NCBI GenBank assembly: GCA_964106645.2
Contig: OZ067043.1
DNA length: 64,000 nucleotides
Strand: one strand, 5' to 3'
Source: Podarcis pityusensis
Lineage: Eukaryota
The stretch's first letter is position 1. Each line of letters opens with the position of its first letter. Of this stretch, positions 13,066 through 26,684 are shown piece by piece. Made by a program: the position numbers and the translations under genes. The notes under the pieces are model-generated. The model ran no database searches. It was not told the origin of the DNA and worked only from the letters and a program-made list of their open reading frames with translations.

Positions 13066-13569
13066 TAGGCAGTTTCATTCCTATGAAAACTGCATTATTT
13101 TGTTGTTTAATTATCAGTTTATTCAACTACACATGGAGATTCTGAGGGCAGTGGGGGGGGGCGCACCATGGTTCCATAAGCACTAGAACAGAGCCACTCT
13201 GTCTTCAGAACTATTCAGAACTATTCAGTACCATTTAGCCAATGGGTGTTCTTATTCTATTAAACATCTTCTCTGAAGTACCAAGTTCAAGCCTACCCAG
13301 CCTGTGAAGTGTCAGAGAACACTTAGGTCCCAAAGAACCTTCTCTGGAAGTTGGAGGGAAGGAACTCGCTTTGTGGGCATGCTACAGCTCCTGCAAGCTA
13401 GCTAATATATGGCTTTTGCAAAACTCTGCTCAGAATGGTGAGAGCAGGGAAGCCATCACCAGCTGCCCCTGTTTAAGGGGGTCCGATCGAGGAAGAGGCC
13501 ATTTGGGACTGCCAGAGCCGGCTACCTTTGAGAAGGGAAGAGAATAGAAGTGTCGACCCCCATTAGCAG

Positions 13570-13830
13570 GCTGCTTCACTCCGGATCATTAAATATGTAT
13601 ATCTTATTACACGCCTTGTTAGAGGATTGAGCTCTATTGACTGATAATAAATTCCAAGCCTTATCCCAGCCATAAATTTATCTGGAGACGATGAAGACTC
13701 AATAATCTAGTCATGCAGATAATATGATAGGGCCTTAAAAAGATCATTACACTGGATGTCAAAATTAAAAGTGAAATACACTTTATTAACACTGTTTCCA
13801 CACTCAGACCCATTACTCGTTCTAGGCCCT
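13570..13830. promoter_or_regulatory. Putative conserved non-coding element
   Basis: AT-rich, TE-free; CATTAA, CCATAAA, TTTATTA, AGATAA motifs. Confidence 0.45.
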
Positions 13831-14429
13831 ATTCCCGCCCATCCAAACCTGCTGACTGATGATTTGGGGCCAGGCAAAACAAGCCCCCGGCCTCCTGGAA
13901 CTATGTGAGTGTGCAGCTAGCGCAGTGCTTGATTTCTAAAAAGACAGAAGCCAGGGTTGATGGAAATGATAGTTCTGCTCTGAAAGACTTTACTCCCTGA
14001 TTCAGATACATTGGGGTGGGGTTAGCTGTGTTTTTTCAGTAGAAACACAAAGATGTTCTGAACTTGCTCTGTTTATATAAGGTGCATGTTCCAGGACTGA
14101 GCCCTGGCTTTGAAAGCATGGTCCACAGCTGATATTGGCACATCCTGGCTCAAATTAAGCCTGACTATACCACCCTCACCATCTAGATGGGAACAAGCTG
14201 CAGAGCTGGCAAGTCCCATTGAGTGCTATGAGAATCCCAATAGAAAGCACAGCACAAGCCACATTGTTTAAGCTCCACCACCCGAGAACACATCAGCAAC
14301 AGCGCAAAGTCACAGGTCTGTGAGCTGCAAGCAGCCCTTGCCAAGGCCACAAACAGAGCAGTATGGCGGGCTCAGAGGCTTCAGGCCACCCAATGCCTTC
14401 TACTCCCCAGCTAGCTACCCCTCCAGACA

Positions 14430-14960
14430 TGATTTCTCGCTTCTAATCAGAAGGTCACAACCATTTAAACCCCTTTGATTAGGGCTGGCGGCTCCTGCTC
14501 TTCTTGTATTGGCCCCACTGGCCTCTTTGTGCTCCTGCCTCCGGATCAATTGTATGTATCAAGTTTAAAGTGGTTCCACCAAGGGCTCACGCACTTCAAT
14601 TCCACTATACACCCCCCCTTTCCCACCTTCCTCTCCAGACAAACAAGGTGGAGGGCACGCGAATCGATAAGGCAGCACAGATCAGCTGCCAGGAAACCAA
14701 TCGCAGATCAGATTGAAACTGACTTCTGCTTGTATCTTACCAGCTCTCTCTACAATAGATTGGCTTGCAAAATCCGATGGAAAAGGAAGACAAAAGGGAG
14801 GGGGGGATCCGATAATACTCCTTGCCATGGCTGCTCTAATCTGTGACAGCCTGAGGATTTGCTGAAAACCATTATCACATCACAGGCTCCCTCCTCTCCT
14901 CCTCGATAAAACCCTGGCTAATCTGTTTGTTGCAAGGACTGAACAAATGCATTTAGCGAA
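14430..14960. promoter_or_regulatory. Putative conserved non-coding element
   Basis: TE-free with retained CpGs; TCF-type CCTTTGAT, TAATC sites, AATCGATA (Onecut-like), several GATAA. Confidence 0.5.
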
Positions 14961-15196
14961 ACAAGGAATGGGGATTCCCCACACCCACCTCAGGAAATGT
15001 GGGAAATGTGAGCAGGACCTGGTCAGGTTGAGAAGCCTGTTGCAGGAAGAGACCCTAAGCAAAGAATGGTGGGAGGGAAGCAGAGCAGGTGTATTCTGCT
15101 TACCTCTACAAGGCAGTTTGGTTTGCCGGTAAATATAGGTGTTAACTGCTGTGAGATTTCTAAAAGTTTTGTCTGGTTCAGGGACACTAGTCACCT

Positions 15197-15320
15197 AGGG
15201 AAGCTTTTAATGTTTGATGGATTACTGTGTTTTAATGTTTTGTTGGAAGCTGCCCAGAGTGGCTGGGGAAGCCCAGCCAGATGGGCGGGGTATAAACAAA
15301 CAAACAAACAAACAAATAAT
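15197..15320 (+). mobile_element. 5'-truncated L2 LINE 3' end, same family as 56.4-59.4 kb
   Basis: GGGAAGCTTTTAATGTTTGA...GCCCAGAGTGGCTGGGGAAGCCCAGCCAGATGGGCGGGGTATAAA matches the 3' end of the long copy; tail is (CAAA)n. Confidence 0.92.
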
Positions 15321-17284
15321 GTAATTGACTGTAATTCCTTGGTTTTGAGAATAATCCTTGATGATTTGCAGTGCTTGCATCACAGCACCCTGGGTTCTTC
15401 TTGAGCTCAGATTTTGACCCGAGCCTGGGAAGAATTCCTCCCTCCCAACCACCCGGCTCCTATTAAGGCTGAGCAGGAAATTTCTTTCCCCTCTCCAGTG
15501 CCTGGATTGCTGTTTACAACAATGCCAGGATCCTTAGAATATGCAGTTTTCTCAGGGTAGACAGACACCTTGGAAAAATCTGCCTCAACAGCTGCTGTAT
15601 CCCATTATCCCAGGCACGGCAGATTGGGGAAAGGAAAATACAACCCTCCTTCATACTGCCAAAGAGGTGGGGGAAGAGACATGCCACTACAGCAGTAACT
15701 ATTGCCATGTAAAGAACCTGAGTGGCTGCCTCAGAATGACCACTGAAAAATAGGAGGATTAGTATACTTTATCTTCTTTTAGTTCCCTTAGTTAAACCTC
15801 TGGCTACCTGATTTGTATGTATAGTTTGACATGGCAGAAAGGGGTAGGGGTGTGTGTGTATTACACATGTTTGTTGAATGCCCTTTAGACAATGTTGCCA
15901 GTCCTTGAGTTCTATGCACACTGGGAACCAGACACCTAACTTATTTACTCATGTAAGTTGCAGGGCACTGGCTCGAACCATTCCTGGGACCTCAATGCCA
16001 GTTTGGTATGGTGCTTCTTCCTCCCTCCTGCTGCCAGTTGGCTGCTACAGGCTCTTATTACCTGTACACAGAGAATGCAACAGGAACAAAGGGACTCTGG
16101 GATCTGCCGTTATTGAAAGGGCATGTCATGCAACAGAAGCATTCAGGTCTCCTGCACTCTGCCTACAGGTCCATGTTTCTTCTACAAGTGTGTGCTGTGT
16201 GTGTATGCATGTTGTGGAGGAGATGCCTGGCCTATAAGCTAATAATTCGGAATCCTGCCTGCTCTGTTCTAACACTGCTTTGCCAGAGGCAATCTCACAC
16301 AATCTCACAAGATTTAAGGTTCCCTCACTTGTTATCTGCAAAAAGCAGGCTCCATGCATTGAAGACACAGTAGGCTCTGCTGCTGTCCTTGTCCTGAACA
16401 TCACACTGCTCCCCAGCTCCCACACCCCAGCCAAGCAATAGGTACATACTGTAAAAAGGCTTCCACAAGAACAGGATTCCAGACTGTATACAAGTCATGC
16501 ATGGTTCCTCTGGTGCATATGTCCACATTCAATGTGTGGACACCAGGGAGTAGGACTGCAGAGCCATGTGATATTGGAAGACAGGGCCAACAAAAGGCCT
16601 TGCTACCTCTTCAACAAGTGGAGTCCCCTTCATGCAGGTTAATGCATCAAGGAAGTTCTAGACATCACATATAGGTAAAACAGATAGACAGAAGTAAGTT
16701 TGCATAGACATTCTCAAACACCATTAAGCCTCAGGTTTTTTCCTCATGGTGATAAGCTTACAGGGCGGGCTTCTTGGCCATCCCTCATGCTCAAGCTCTT
16801 CTCACATAAACAAAAACAAACACACACTTACTTTGCTCAGTGTAGAGGACAAGGCTTCCACAGGTAGGTTTGAACTGAGATGACCTTTTTCATCATACAG
16901 ATATACTGAACTATGTTCTTTCAACAGAGAGGTTAGGTTAGCAGTCCCTATATGTTGCCCCTGTACTTTATCATACAAATGTTTCTGTGCTGTAGCCACA
17001 TAGGAGGAGGAGGAGGATCGGTCACGACTGAACAAGAACAGCTACTTTCTCAGTGCTGAATGATTTCTAAGTTATTTGCAAAAGGGCAGTTTGGAAAGGG
17101 CAGACCAGGGACCGCATACTTTTCCTGATATCCTCCAATGTGAGTGTGTGGTGTACGGGGAAGGCCATATCTGAGCTCCACAAAGCTACGCCCTCTGGTG
17201 TCTCTTCATGTCTGATTCTGTGGCTACGAAACAAGAGAAAGGGAACAGGAGCATGCAGAGCTATCTTTCTCTCCGTGATCTCAT

Positions 17285-17730
17285 GCCTTCAGGCAATCAG
17301 TTAACCCAAGCGCCATCTCCCCCTCCCTCCTCCATGTAAAATAATGCTCAACAAAGCTGGGTGGGCGCAGGGCGGCATTGCAGCAGTATGTCAAACAGAA
17401 GGACATTTTCCTTCTATCTCAGCTGCTGCCCCAGGGTACATTCCACCTACATTCAATCTTTACTCCACTACACATGTTTCCTCTCCAGCCTGGGATTATT
17501 TTTTATCATCAAATTACTGTAGCGATAAGATAGACTCGATGTGATAGCCAGCAGAGGCCCCCGACCTCATTGCCTTCCCCCAGCCCGGCATCACCCACCA
17601 TGCCTGCACCGCAAACAGGCAGAGTGCTTTATTCAAATGTCATCAGGGGGTGAAGATACGCCCGTCGGCTGCCTTATTCACTGGCTGAGACCAAACAGCA
17701 TATGACAGCAAACGCCTGGGAAAAGGAGGC
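17285..17730. promoter_or_regulatory. Putative conserved non-coding element
   Basis: TE-free with retained CpGs; GATAA, TGACAG/TGTCA (TALE) and GTAAAA motifs. Confidence 0.45.
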
Positions 17731-18007
17731 GGCTGTTAGCAAGTTAGCTAGGTTTTGCCAAGGCCTTTGTGGGGCAGCAGGGAACTTTCACACACTCACA
17801 CTTTTAGCACAAATGTAGCTGGAGCTGCAAAAATGATACAGGCAGAGGTGCAGGGCGACAGGAGGGACGAGCAGTTACTGTTTAAGGGCAATATTCAGTA
17901 AAGGCTAGATACCAACAGCCAGTTTGTTCCACCCATCTGTGCATTTCTATACTAACAATGTTAGCAACAGGGGACACTTGTGGCCTAGTCTTCTGCTAAT
18001 AGCAGCC

Positions 18008-18240
18008 ATCGCAGCATGGTGGCTAAGAGAGAGAGTCACAAATCAGGATACCCTTGGTTCAAATCTTGCCTCTGCCATGGTCTCACCAGATGGCCTCTGG
18101 CTAGCCACTCTCTCTTAGCCTCAGACCCCCCCAACAATCTACAAAATGATAATACTGACAGACATTATACTGGGGCCGTTGTAAGGATTACTATTAGACA
18201 ATACACGTGAAGTGCTTTGACAACACGCTTGCTAAAGGCC
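18008..18240 (+). mobile_element. MIR/CORE-type SINE
   Basis: GCAGCATGGTGGCTAAGAG head, GGTTCAAATCTTGCCTCTGCCA B-box region, CORE-like ATCTACAAAATG..ATAATA..GTTGTAAGGATTA..GTGAAGTGCTTTG. Confidence 0.75.
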
Positions 18241-18521
18241 GAACTAAATAGACATGAGGTTGATGGCATGATTGAAATTAACATGTATTGTCTTAAAAAA
18301 TAAAATAGTTGCCAATTGAGAGACCTGAGGGAGGGGGGCTGGTTACTCCCCCTCCCCATACATTGGTCCTGATGAAACTCCTCCTCGCCCCCACAAGCCG
18401 CTATTTACTCCAGGAGGGAAGTTTCATTTGCTTGAAGCTTCCTTTTCAAGGCAAACAGCAGCTTAAAAAGCAAGGGGAGGATTTCAGTGAGATCAGAGTA
18501 GGGGGAAGGGTTAATCCTGAC

Positions 18522-18984
18522 TGTCAGGGACTGCCATTGGAACAGGGGAGGGAGGCAGGGGGGCCGTTGGGATACAGAGAGCCTCCAAAACTGAGGAGCA
18601 GTTCCTCTTCCAGCAGTGGGAAAAGCCACACCTCCAGTGCAGAAGAGGGGGAAGGGGCCAGCCAAGCGAGGAAAGGGCTCGAGGATGCTGCGGAGAACCC
18701 CAGCGCCTCATCTAGCCAGGCTGGCCAGGAGGGAGGCACGCCCCTTCTGTCACCTAGCTTGCGCAGAGGGGTGAAACGCAAGGAGGGGAGGAGGAGGCTT
18801 GGGGTGCTGAAGTTCTTCTGTTGGGGGAGAAACCAGAAGGTGGCACTCCCGGATTCTGCAAGTGACTGAGACGGACATGAACTTGGTAGATCTGCACTGT
18901 AAATAGTTTGCACAATAAAACCTGTAAAAGCCAGGTCAGAGTCCTGCCTGGTTACTCACGAGCAGCCACCACCACCATCTGACA
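18522..18984 (+). mobile_element. Solo LTR (probably Ty3/Gypsy), 463 bp
   Basis: Starts TGTCAG, ends CTGACA; 5-bp TSD CTGAC at 18517-18521 and 18985-18989; AATAAA at 18914-18919; no internal domain follows. Confidence 0.88.
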
Positions 18985-19300
18985 CTGACAGTTCCCATCC
19001 TGATTCTTTCCCTCAACCACATGGCTACTATTTCTATTTTGTAAGATTAGGCATATTGATTGCAATCACTCTAGGAATGGCATGCCTAGTTTGGCCCTGA
19101 TGGAACCCTAGCTCAAGTAAAGCTGGTTCCCATATAGAGTACCAGATTTGTTACTCCCCTTTCAAGTGCATTATTTAACAAACTGTATGCCCAGCTTGAC
19201 ACCTTTAGTGTCTACTTTTCACTGCAACCTTAGATGGCTAGAAATGTAGCAGCTGGTTGGAGCCAAACAAAGTGTAAAGAAGAGATACACATTCTTAAAA

Positions 19301-19303
<3 letters not shown>

Positions 19304-19342
<39 letters not shown>
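19304..19342. repeat. (TG)n microsatellite
   Basis: Directly visible. Confidence 0.98.
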
Positions 19343-19343
<1 letters not shown>

Positions 19344-19894
19344 AGACTCCTGAGCAAACAATAGCTCCCTATCACAGTTTCACATGTGCTTAAGGAAGCA
19401 TTTGTGCCTTTCACACTTCATGTCTGTGCTACACAGGAAATACTATGTCCTTACAGCAAATGCAACTGCCATATAAAGTGTGGAACGTCTCATACAAGGA
19501 TCTCAGAAAGCTTAAGAAATAGACCAGAAGAAACCCCTCTAAATGCTTACACAATAGGTTGGGGGGGGGGATAACAAGGAATTGTTGCTGTCTCGCATCA
19601 TTCAGAGCATCCCAGCACTGGGCCAATTTGTGTCATGCAAAAACATCATAGGAAATGGTGCCCCACCTGCTGTTTTCAGTCTCACCAGAAGTCTCACTAT
19701 TCATCCTTGACTGAGCAACCCAAGAGGCTCAAGTAAGGCAAATGACAGGTAGGGGATCCAAAACAGATGGAAGGATCCACCTGTGCTTGCAAAGCCAAGG
19801 AAACTCAGTCAGGCCTTTGTGATGAATCTCCTCTGCTTCTTGTTTACTCCAACCCCTTCTCTGAACAACTGCCTGCCCAGCTGCATGTCAGGGC

Positions 19895-20230
19895 ACTCCC
19901 TCTAATCCCTATTAATTTAAGCAATGCTGGGCTGCTGCTCGCCCCAAACTCTTTATTATTTATCAGGTTTGTTTATTTGTAGCTAACAGGTAGTGCTCAG
20001 CGTGGGCCCCCAGGACAGAGACAGGGGCCGTTAATCATATTGGCTCCCCCGCCATCCGCCATCCGTCAATTACTCCTGCTTCCTTTAATTAGTAATGAGG
20101 ACTAATATCCCTGCCTCGCACACAGGCTGGAGTGGAACTCCCCTCCAGGGGAAGGAGAGAGTGAGGGCCAGGGGAGGATTCGAAATAAATAAGGGAAATG
20201 GGGCTCCTCTTTCTCAAGCAGCCACTAAGC
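19895..20230. promoter_or_regulatory. Putative conserved non-coding element
   Basis: CTAATCCC, ATTAATTTAA, TGTTTATT (Fox), TTAATTAGTAATGA homeodomain cluster; TE-free. Confidence 0.5.
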
Positions 20231-22534
20231 CCCAGGCTCCTGTCACTCCTGGAGAAACAAGCAGCCCCCAAGGCCCTTATTTATCACCCACTTGAGAGTG
20301 CCTACTGCAAAAGGCAAGCAGGAATTATTTTTCCAAGCAGCAGACCCCTCTCTAGTTGATGCAGAGTGAGGAACAAGACAAGCAGCCTCAGTCACAGAGG
20401 TATGCAAAGAAGATCAGCAGGCCAAGGTTCTGCTCACACGCAGAGGGCTTTCAAAAGGAACCTGAGGGCAAGAAAGCTGGATGGGGCCCAAGCTCTGAAA
20501 TGTTGGCCATCCAGAACTATAGTCCTGGAAAGCAAATACATTTTCTGATGCCCCTCAGTTCTGACCCAAATCTCTCTCTCTGTGTGTGTGTTTCACCAGT
20601 AAGCCTCACTCTAATTCATCCCAGACCCAGCCTCTGTGTCCAGTCTTTTAGATGCCCACTAGCTCTAAGTCCATGAATCCCTTGCAAGTTCAACCACACT
20701 CCTTGCTCAAAATTTTAATGCCACACAGTTCTGATTCATGCTTCCAGCCCCAAATTATCTTCTTCACAGTTTAGGAGATTGGCTATAATTTCCATGCACA
20801 ACCTGCTATCCCATACAAACATCAGGGGAAAGTGCCGGGGGGGGGGGCATGAACACCCATAGCCTTGAAGCCCAAACAAGGAGTGCCCCAGAGTAAGAGG
20901 AGGAATGAATTTTACAGCTCTAAATTTCTGACTCCCTCCTTACAAGATCGCATTAGACATTTCCTCTTATTGGCATGGAATGGTATCCTCCTATATGTTT
21001 CCTTTCTGAAGAAACCAAGTCTAGACAGAATAATGTTGGAGGAGGGGAGAGAGGAGTGACTGAGAAAGTCTAACACTAGATTAGAGATTGAAACTATTTA
21101 CAGAATAGCTGCCACATCCAATTGTTCTTCCTGTGAGCTCCCAAAAGGTAGTGGAGGAAGAAAGTTAAGTCAAATGGTCATTAAAGCTGGCTGTTGTGGG
21201 GAGTCTTGTGTGTGAGTAGGTTTACCCAATGCCTCAGGCAGCATAGGATACAAATTATGCCCTTGTGATTTATTGACTGGGGAAGTTTTTACACTGCAGC
21301 CCATTAAAACAGATGGCTCTGTTTACAGCTTGGGCTTCATGCCGTAGAAACCTACACTGACTGGATGTTAAGCTTATGATGACTCTGCAGGTGGACATCT
21401 CATTAAACATATCTGTATGCACTGTGCTCAAGATCCAAGCTTCATGAGCCCTTAGGGAGGTTTTTAATGAGTTTAATAAGTGAGATAGGTTATCAACTGT
21501 TCAGGCCTCTTGGCTCAATGGATCTGTAGGAGAACATACATAAAACTCTACAAATCAGAGCTATGTAGTGGTAGCTGTTACCACTTGAACACTAAGGTAG
21601 GGTCAACAATGGCCAGACCAGGCCCAATTTTGCCCTCCAAGTTTCAAGGGTTTAAGGAGTCTGTATGACTACTTTCTCAATTTTTCAAATTCTTCTCACA
21701 CTTGAAGGGCTCTGGGTTTGGCATAGAGACTACTGTGGTTTCTCCAGAGTAAAAAATCTAAAAGAAAGTTGCTTGTGCCATAAGGCAGTTAGGGGTCAGA
21801 GGTTTGACTGCCAGGAGAGTGGAGAGTGCTTGTCCTAGCTCAGAAGCTGCAGGGCTAGTCTGGTCTGAGGCTGCCCAGGGATGATGGAATATCCATGCTT
21901 CCAGACCCTCAGGATTTTACAGTGCCTTGGATCCAGAGATCCCATTCAAACATGTGGTCAATTACCCAACACCCATATCTACAGTTGCCTGAACTTGTTG
22001 AAAAGCTACTGTGGTGGCTAACCCATTAAATCACTTTTCATGGAGGGCTGCAGCTACTCTGTGGTGGTAACTAATGGAGGCAATGTGTGTGTGCGGGAGA
22101 GCACAGTATCAATGCAAAAGTTCCTGCTGCCATGCAGCTCCACTAGGTACCACTGCTGTTGCTGCCACTACCTGAGGGTGAAACAAATGCTCCCTTCTCT
22201 GATCGCAGAACCAGGCCCCATGTGGGGAGAAAATAGTTGGGAGGGAGTATGCTGGAAAGCAGAGCAGAGAAGTGCAGGTGGGAGCACTCAAGATGGTAAA
22301 ACAAACTTTTCTTAATTAATGCAAACTTTCTAGTCCAACATATTTATGAAACCCACTTTGCATGGTAATGTTGACAACTGTACAAATCCTTCTGGGCATG
22401 GAATAAACTACTTGTGTAGACCACGATAGCCAGCTATTCCCCTCCAAATTGTCTGGGTGGAAGTATGGGATGGGAAGGAAGAAACAGGCAGGGTTGGCAT
22501 TTTCACCACTAATTCTCTCCTAAACAGGCTGCAT

Positions 22535-22870
22535 CTCTCAGAAATGAAATTTTGTAGGCGATTAGCTCACAATGTGAACTTAATCGCTTTGGGTATTTAA
22601 AAAGCCCCATTAAATTAAATGGCCAAGATATTGAGGTTTAAGCAGTGGCTGCGTCCAATGCACAGTAACTCCCAAGCTCATTACCAGCATTGCCAATTTT
22701 GCAGTTGGAATTACAGACCCATGAGAGGCTGAGCTATTTAATGCCCATTCACAGAACACAGCACAACAGAGCTTTTTGGGGGGGTGAAATTGCTGCAATA
22801 ACACAAAGCTTGTGGCAAAAAGGGCTAATGTGACATTCATGTGTAAATAGGGATGAATTGAACATGCCAC
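22535..22870. promoter_or_regulatory. Putative conserved non-coding element
   Basis: GCGATTAG...TTAATCGC inverted K50-type sites, CATTAAATTAAATGG, CTCATTAC; TE-free. Confidence 0.45.
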
Positions 22871-24109
22871 TGGGGGGGGGAGAGAGATAGCTACCAAATA
22901 CCACACACAAATCAGAGTTCCAAAACCAGGGTGAAAAGGAAAAATAAAGTGGTAGCGGCACAAATGCCATTTTGGCAACATATATATGGAATGGGAAGTT
23001 GATACACATGGCAGCTTAGTGATCAGTCTAAACATAGTGAAAGAATACTGTTGTGCATGTTATGAATATGTTTGCTGTCTGTCCACTAGTGCCTATCCAT
23101 TAGGAAGGGATGGGGATACTCCCACTTCCCAAATCAAAGAAATTCAAGTTTGCATCTAACTTTTAACATTCACACAATATGTTCCTTGAGGCCAAGAAAT
23201 AACCAAACACAAGACACATTTGTGATCTTGCATGTTGACAACTGTACAAATGTACTGTGTAGGACACTGTAGGACACAGCAGCAGCGAGGCCCACAAGAG
23301 AGCTGGCACAAAACCAAACAGATTGTTGTTTAATTCCAGCTTTGAGGAAGAAATAGTTGGAATGACTGAAGAGGCTGGGCTCTGCTTTACATTCCTCTCT
23401 GTAACACTATTGAGCTGTAAGTGATTGCAATTTTACCTGACATTGTTCATTTAAATTATTTACACTCCTCAAGTGTAGATATGCAACTTTTCTTGGAATG
23501 CCTTGCGAGGGGAGACTGGGACAACAGCTTTAAAATTACTTGCATCTATCACTCAATCGCTTTCAAGTTGTACACACCACTCTGGACTTAATGACATCAT
23601 TTCTGCAGTCACAAATCTGTCACTGATTTTGGTTTAAAGCCAACAGGATTCCCTGTCTGAGAGCTGAAATTACCAGGCTTCTCAATGATGGAAGAACCTC
23701 ATCACTCAAACTACACTCTTCCTGCAAGTTGTGAAAAGTGTGGTTTCCTCTCTCTCTTCTGGCATGAAACATGTTGCATTGTAAATGCTATGGAATACAG
23801 AATGGACAAATGAAGCAACCTAATCCCTCATTCTAATTCTATACTGAGTATAGCGAATATTTGCCAGAGGATGGGGTCAAGTAAGGAATAAGACAAGACA
23901 GGAGAATCCAGAAATCAACATGGCTTATTATCCTTTAAAGAAGCTCAGATTCCCATACTGCCTCCCCCCCAACATTAACATAGGAATTAATTTCAGCAGG
24001 TCAGTGGCCAGGGAGAGGGAGAGAAAATCTACACTATTAACCTTCTGTGGCTGCCCATACCAAAAGAGCAACTGCATCAAATAATTTGCATGAGCTTGCC
24101 TGTGCATAA

Positions 24110-24450
24110 GGTTAGCTTTAGAGGCCCAGCTCCTAGTCCATCTTTACTGAATACTGGATTGATGAGTACTACAGACAGTGCTTTTTCAGTGGTGGTACCA
24201 CAGATATTCCCTGCCTGGGAACAATCACCCTCTCTTTACATTCATGAAATAGGCCTTTTATTATTATTATTCTGGCAGGCATTTTCTATTTGATCTTTGC
24301 AGTTCTAAGAAAAGAATGGTTTTAAGCTCAATGGTTTTATTGTGGTATTTTTAGTCTCATTTTATTATTTCCGATAGTTTATCTTTTTATACTGAAAGCA
24401 ACTTTGATTAAATCGGTGAAAAGCTGAACAGAAATAACTTTACATACATG
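24110..24450 (+). mobile_element. Old L2 3' fragment
   Basis: Translates to DSAFSVVVPQ (L2 C-terminal RAFSVVAP motif), followed by a T-rich UTR. Confidence 0.55.
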
Positions 24451-26684
24451 CAAACTAATGAGCCACCAAACCCTTTTGGAAAGCCGAAGCAATGAGTGCA
24501 GTGCTGGTACAATTAACTCAAGCAGTCACGAATCTTTGCTTCTGCCATTGATTTCGATTCAACTCCAATTTTATGCTTTGACCTTCTCCCCACAGCCCTT
24601 GCTCCCAAACCAACAAACAAATCTTATGCAGTTTTCTGTCTGAGAACAACTATAAGAAATCCCAGTGAACAATAAAAGCACCTAGGGAGAAGAGCACCCC
24701 TCTGGCTTTGGTTTGTTTTAAGCCCTCAGGTTTCTGCGTAGAAGCCTCTTGGCTGAGTGGTGATGCAAAACGAATATTGTGAGCTCCAGTATGGCTTCCT
24801 TTGCTGCCAGGAAGATATTATTCTGATGAAAGTAATATACAATTCAACTTTAGCAGAGAAATAGCCCCTAACAGAATTTGTATCTACAAAAGCTCATGCA
24901 AGTTATGGTTTCAAATGATGATCCAAGAAGGAAGATGAAAAGGCAAAACAGTCTATTTGTCTAACCACAGGCTTCTTCACTGCTGATCCTTGGCCAAACA
25001 AGTGGATCAGAATGATTCCAAAATGCAGCCCGATGCACAGAAGCCTTTTTCTTCAACTGCCAGAAAATGGTTAGCAATGGCAGGCCATTTAAAGTAAACG
25101 CAGGGTCTCTTCCAACAAGCCTGACTGATTCAAGATTGGCAAGAGGTGCCTGTGTGCCCAAGCATAACCAATCAGGGTTCAGGACAGGGCTGGCCTTCAC
25201 TGTACCATTTTCCAGATGTAAAGCAAAGGGGCGTTCCTAATGGTTTATAATTGTGTTGGAAAGATTTTGCTTGTCCCTTGAGTGGGAAAGGTCATGAACC
25301 ATAGCTACTGCCCAACTGCTAAGTAATGGTTGTTTTTAATCTAAATTGTACAGATAACAAAGCTGGATTCCATCCAAGACTGTTCATTACTATTCCATTC
25401 ATCATGTGACAACCAATGCTGCAATATCTGCCAGGAAGGGGAAGAAAAATAATAGCAGTGTTGTGGGGCTGCTGTCAAACGCAACCACCCTAAGCAACAG
25501 GTATGAGTGCCTGAGGAATGGGAGAAGGGCATTGGAGGTTAGCTTCCTGTTAACATACTGAAACATGAAATCAAAATTTCAGTTCATAGTCAAAGGGCAG
25601 GCATATACTCCAAATAAAAGCAGGTAGTACTGGGTCCTGATCAAACTATGTAGTACTATTCTCTTGGGTCCACTCACTCTCCACAATACATGCATTGTGA
25701 CAGATCCACCAAACTTAGGAGAGGTCTAAGAGTTGAAATTTTCTACATCAGTCCTCAATGCTCTGTCCTGAATAGCATGCCCAGCAATGGTGCCTGCCAG
25801 TCCCCTCCTTTCTTCTTTCCCACTGCTTAATGGAATATGAACCAATCATTCAGAAGGAGTTACACCATCAGGGTGTAATGCACTAATGGGTAAGAGAACA
25901 GATTAGGGCACCACTTATGTTACATCCCCATCGAGGTGGAGCAATGGGTTGGATCTCCTGGAATAATATTACAAGAGGCAGAGATGGAAGGCCTTCACCC
26001 CACAGAGTTTTGTTTCTGTTCAGCAGCAATTTACCATGTGAAGGGACTGGATATTTATAATTATGCTCAGAGTGGCCACTTTGAAAAATCTATATGTCTC
26101 TAGGCTCTGCGTACATCACCATGTCAGCTCTCTGAACAGAGGCATCCATCAGCTACCACGCATCACAGATCTTGGAGAGCACTTGAGAAATGCTTAGTGA
26201 GGCCTGTGTCCAACCATCCTGGCTGAGAAGGCATTCTGGTCCAAAGCAGCCACCTTAGCCTGGGCCAGTAAAGTAGGGCATTGCAGCCACACCACCACCA
26301 AAGAATAAGACTCAGTAACTGGAGCCTGGGTTTTGTCCAGGAAGTGATGTCAGCATCACAGGATTTTAGTCTTAGCATCTATGAAGTTAGCAGAATCTTG
26401 TTTTGTGCTTTCTCCAATCATACTAGGTATACTGGCAGAAATATGGAGTCAAGATGTACAATGATGGAGGGGGAAATCACTCAAACTGACAAAGATGAGA
26501 TACAGAAACTCATGTCCACATCTATTTATCCATCCATCGAGAGGCAAAAGCAGGTGCAAGGGGACTTTTGGATGACATCACACTGGCAGGATCCTTCCAA
26601 ATACTTTTCATAATTCCGTCTCCCCCAAGCAACTCTCATCGTAAAGGTGAAGACATCAAGGTCCAATGGAACTTCTTGAGAATG

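Noticed and set aside
16802-17035. Minus-strand ORF ending near a good donor (AAA/GTAAGT) as a coding exon
   Set aside because: Peptide not recognised and no convincing acceptor; would need TBLASTN or RNA-seq support.
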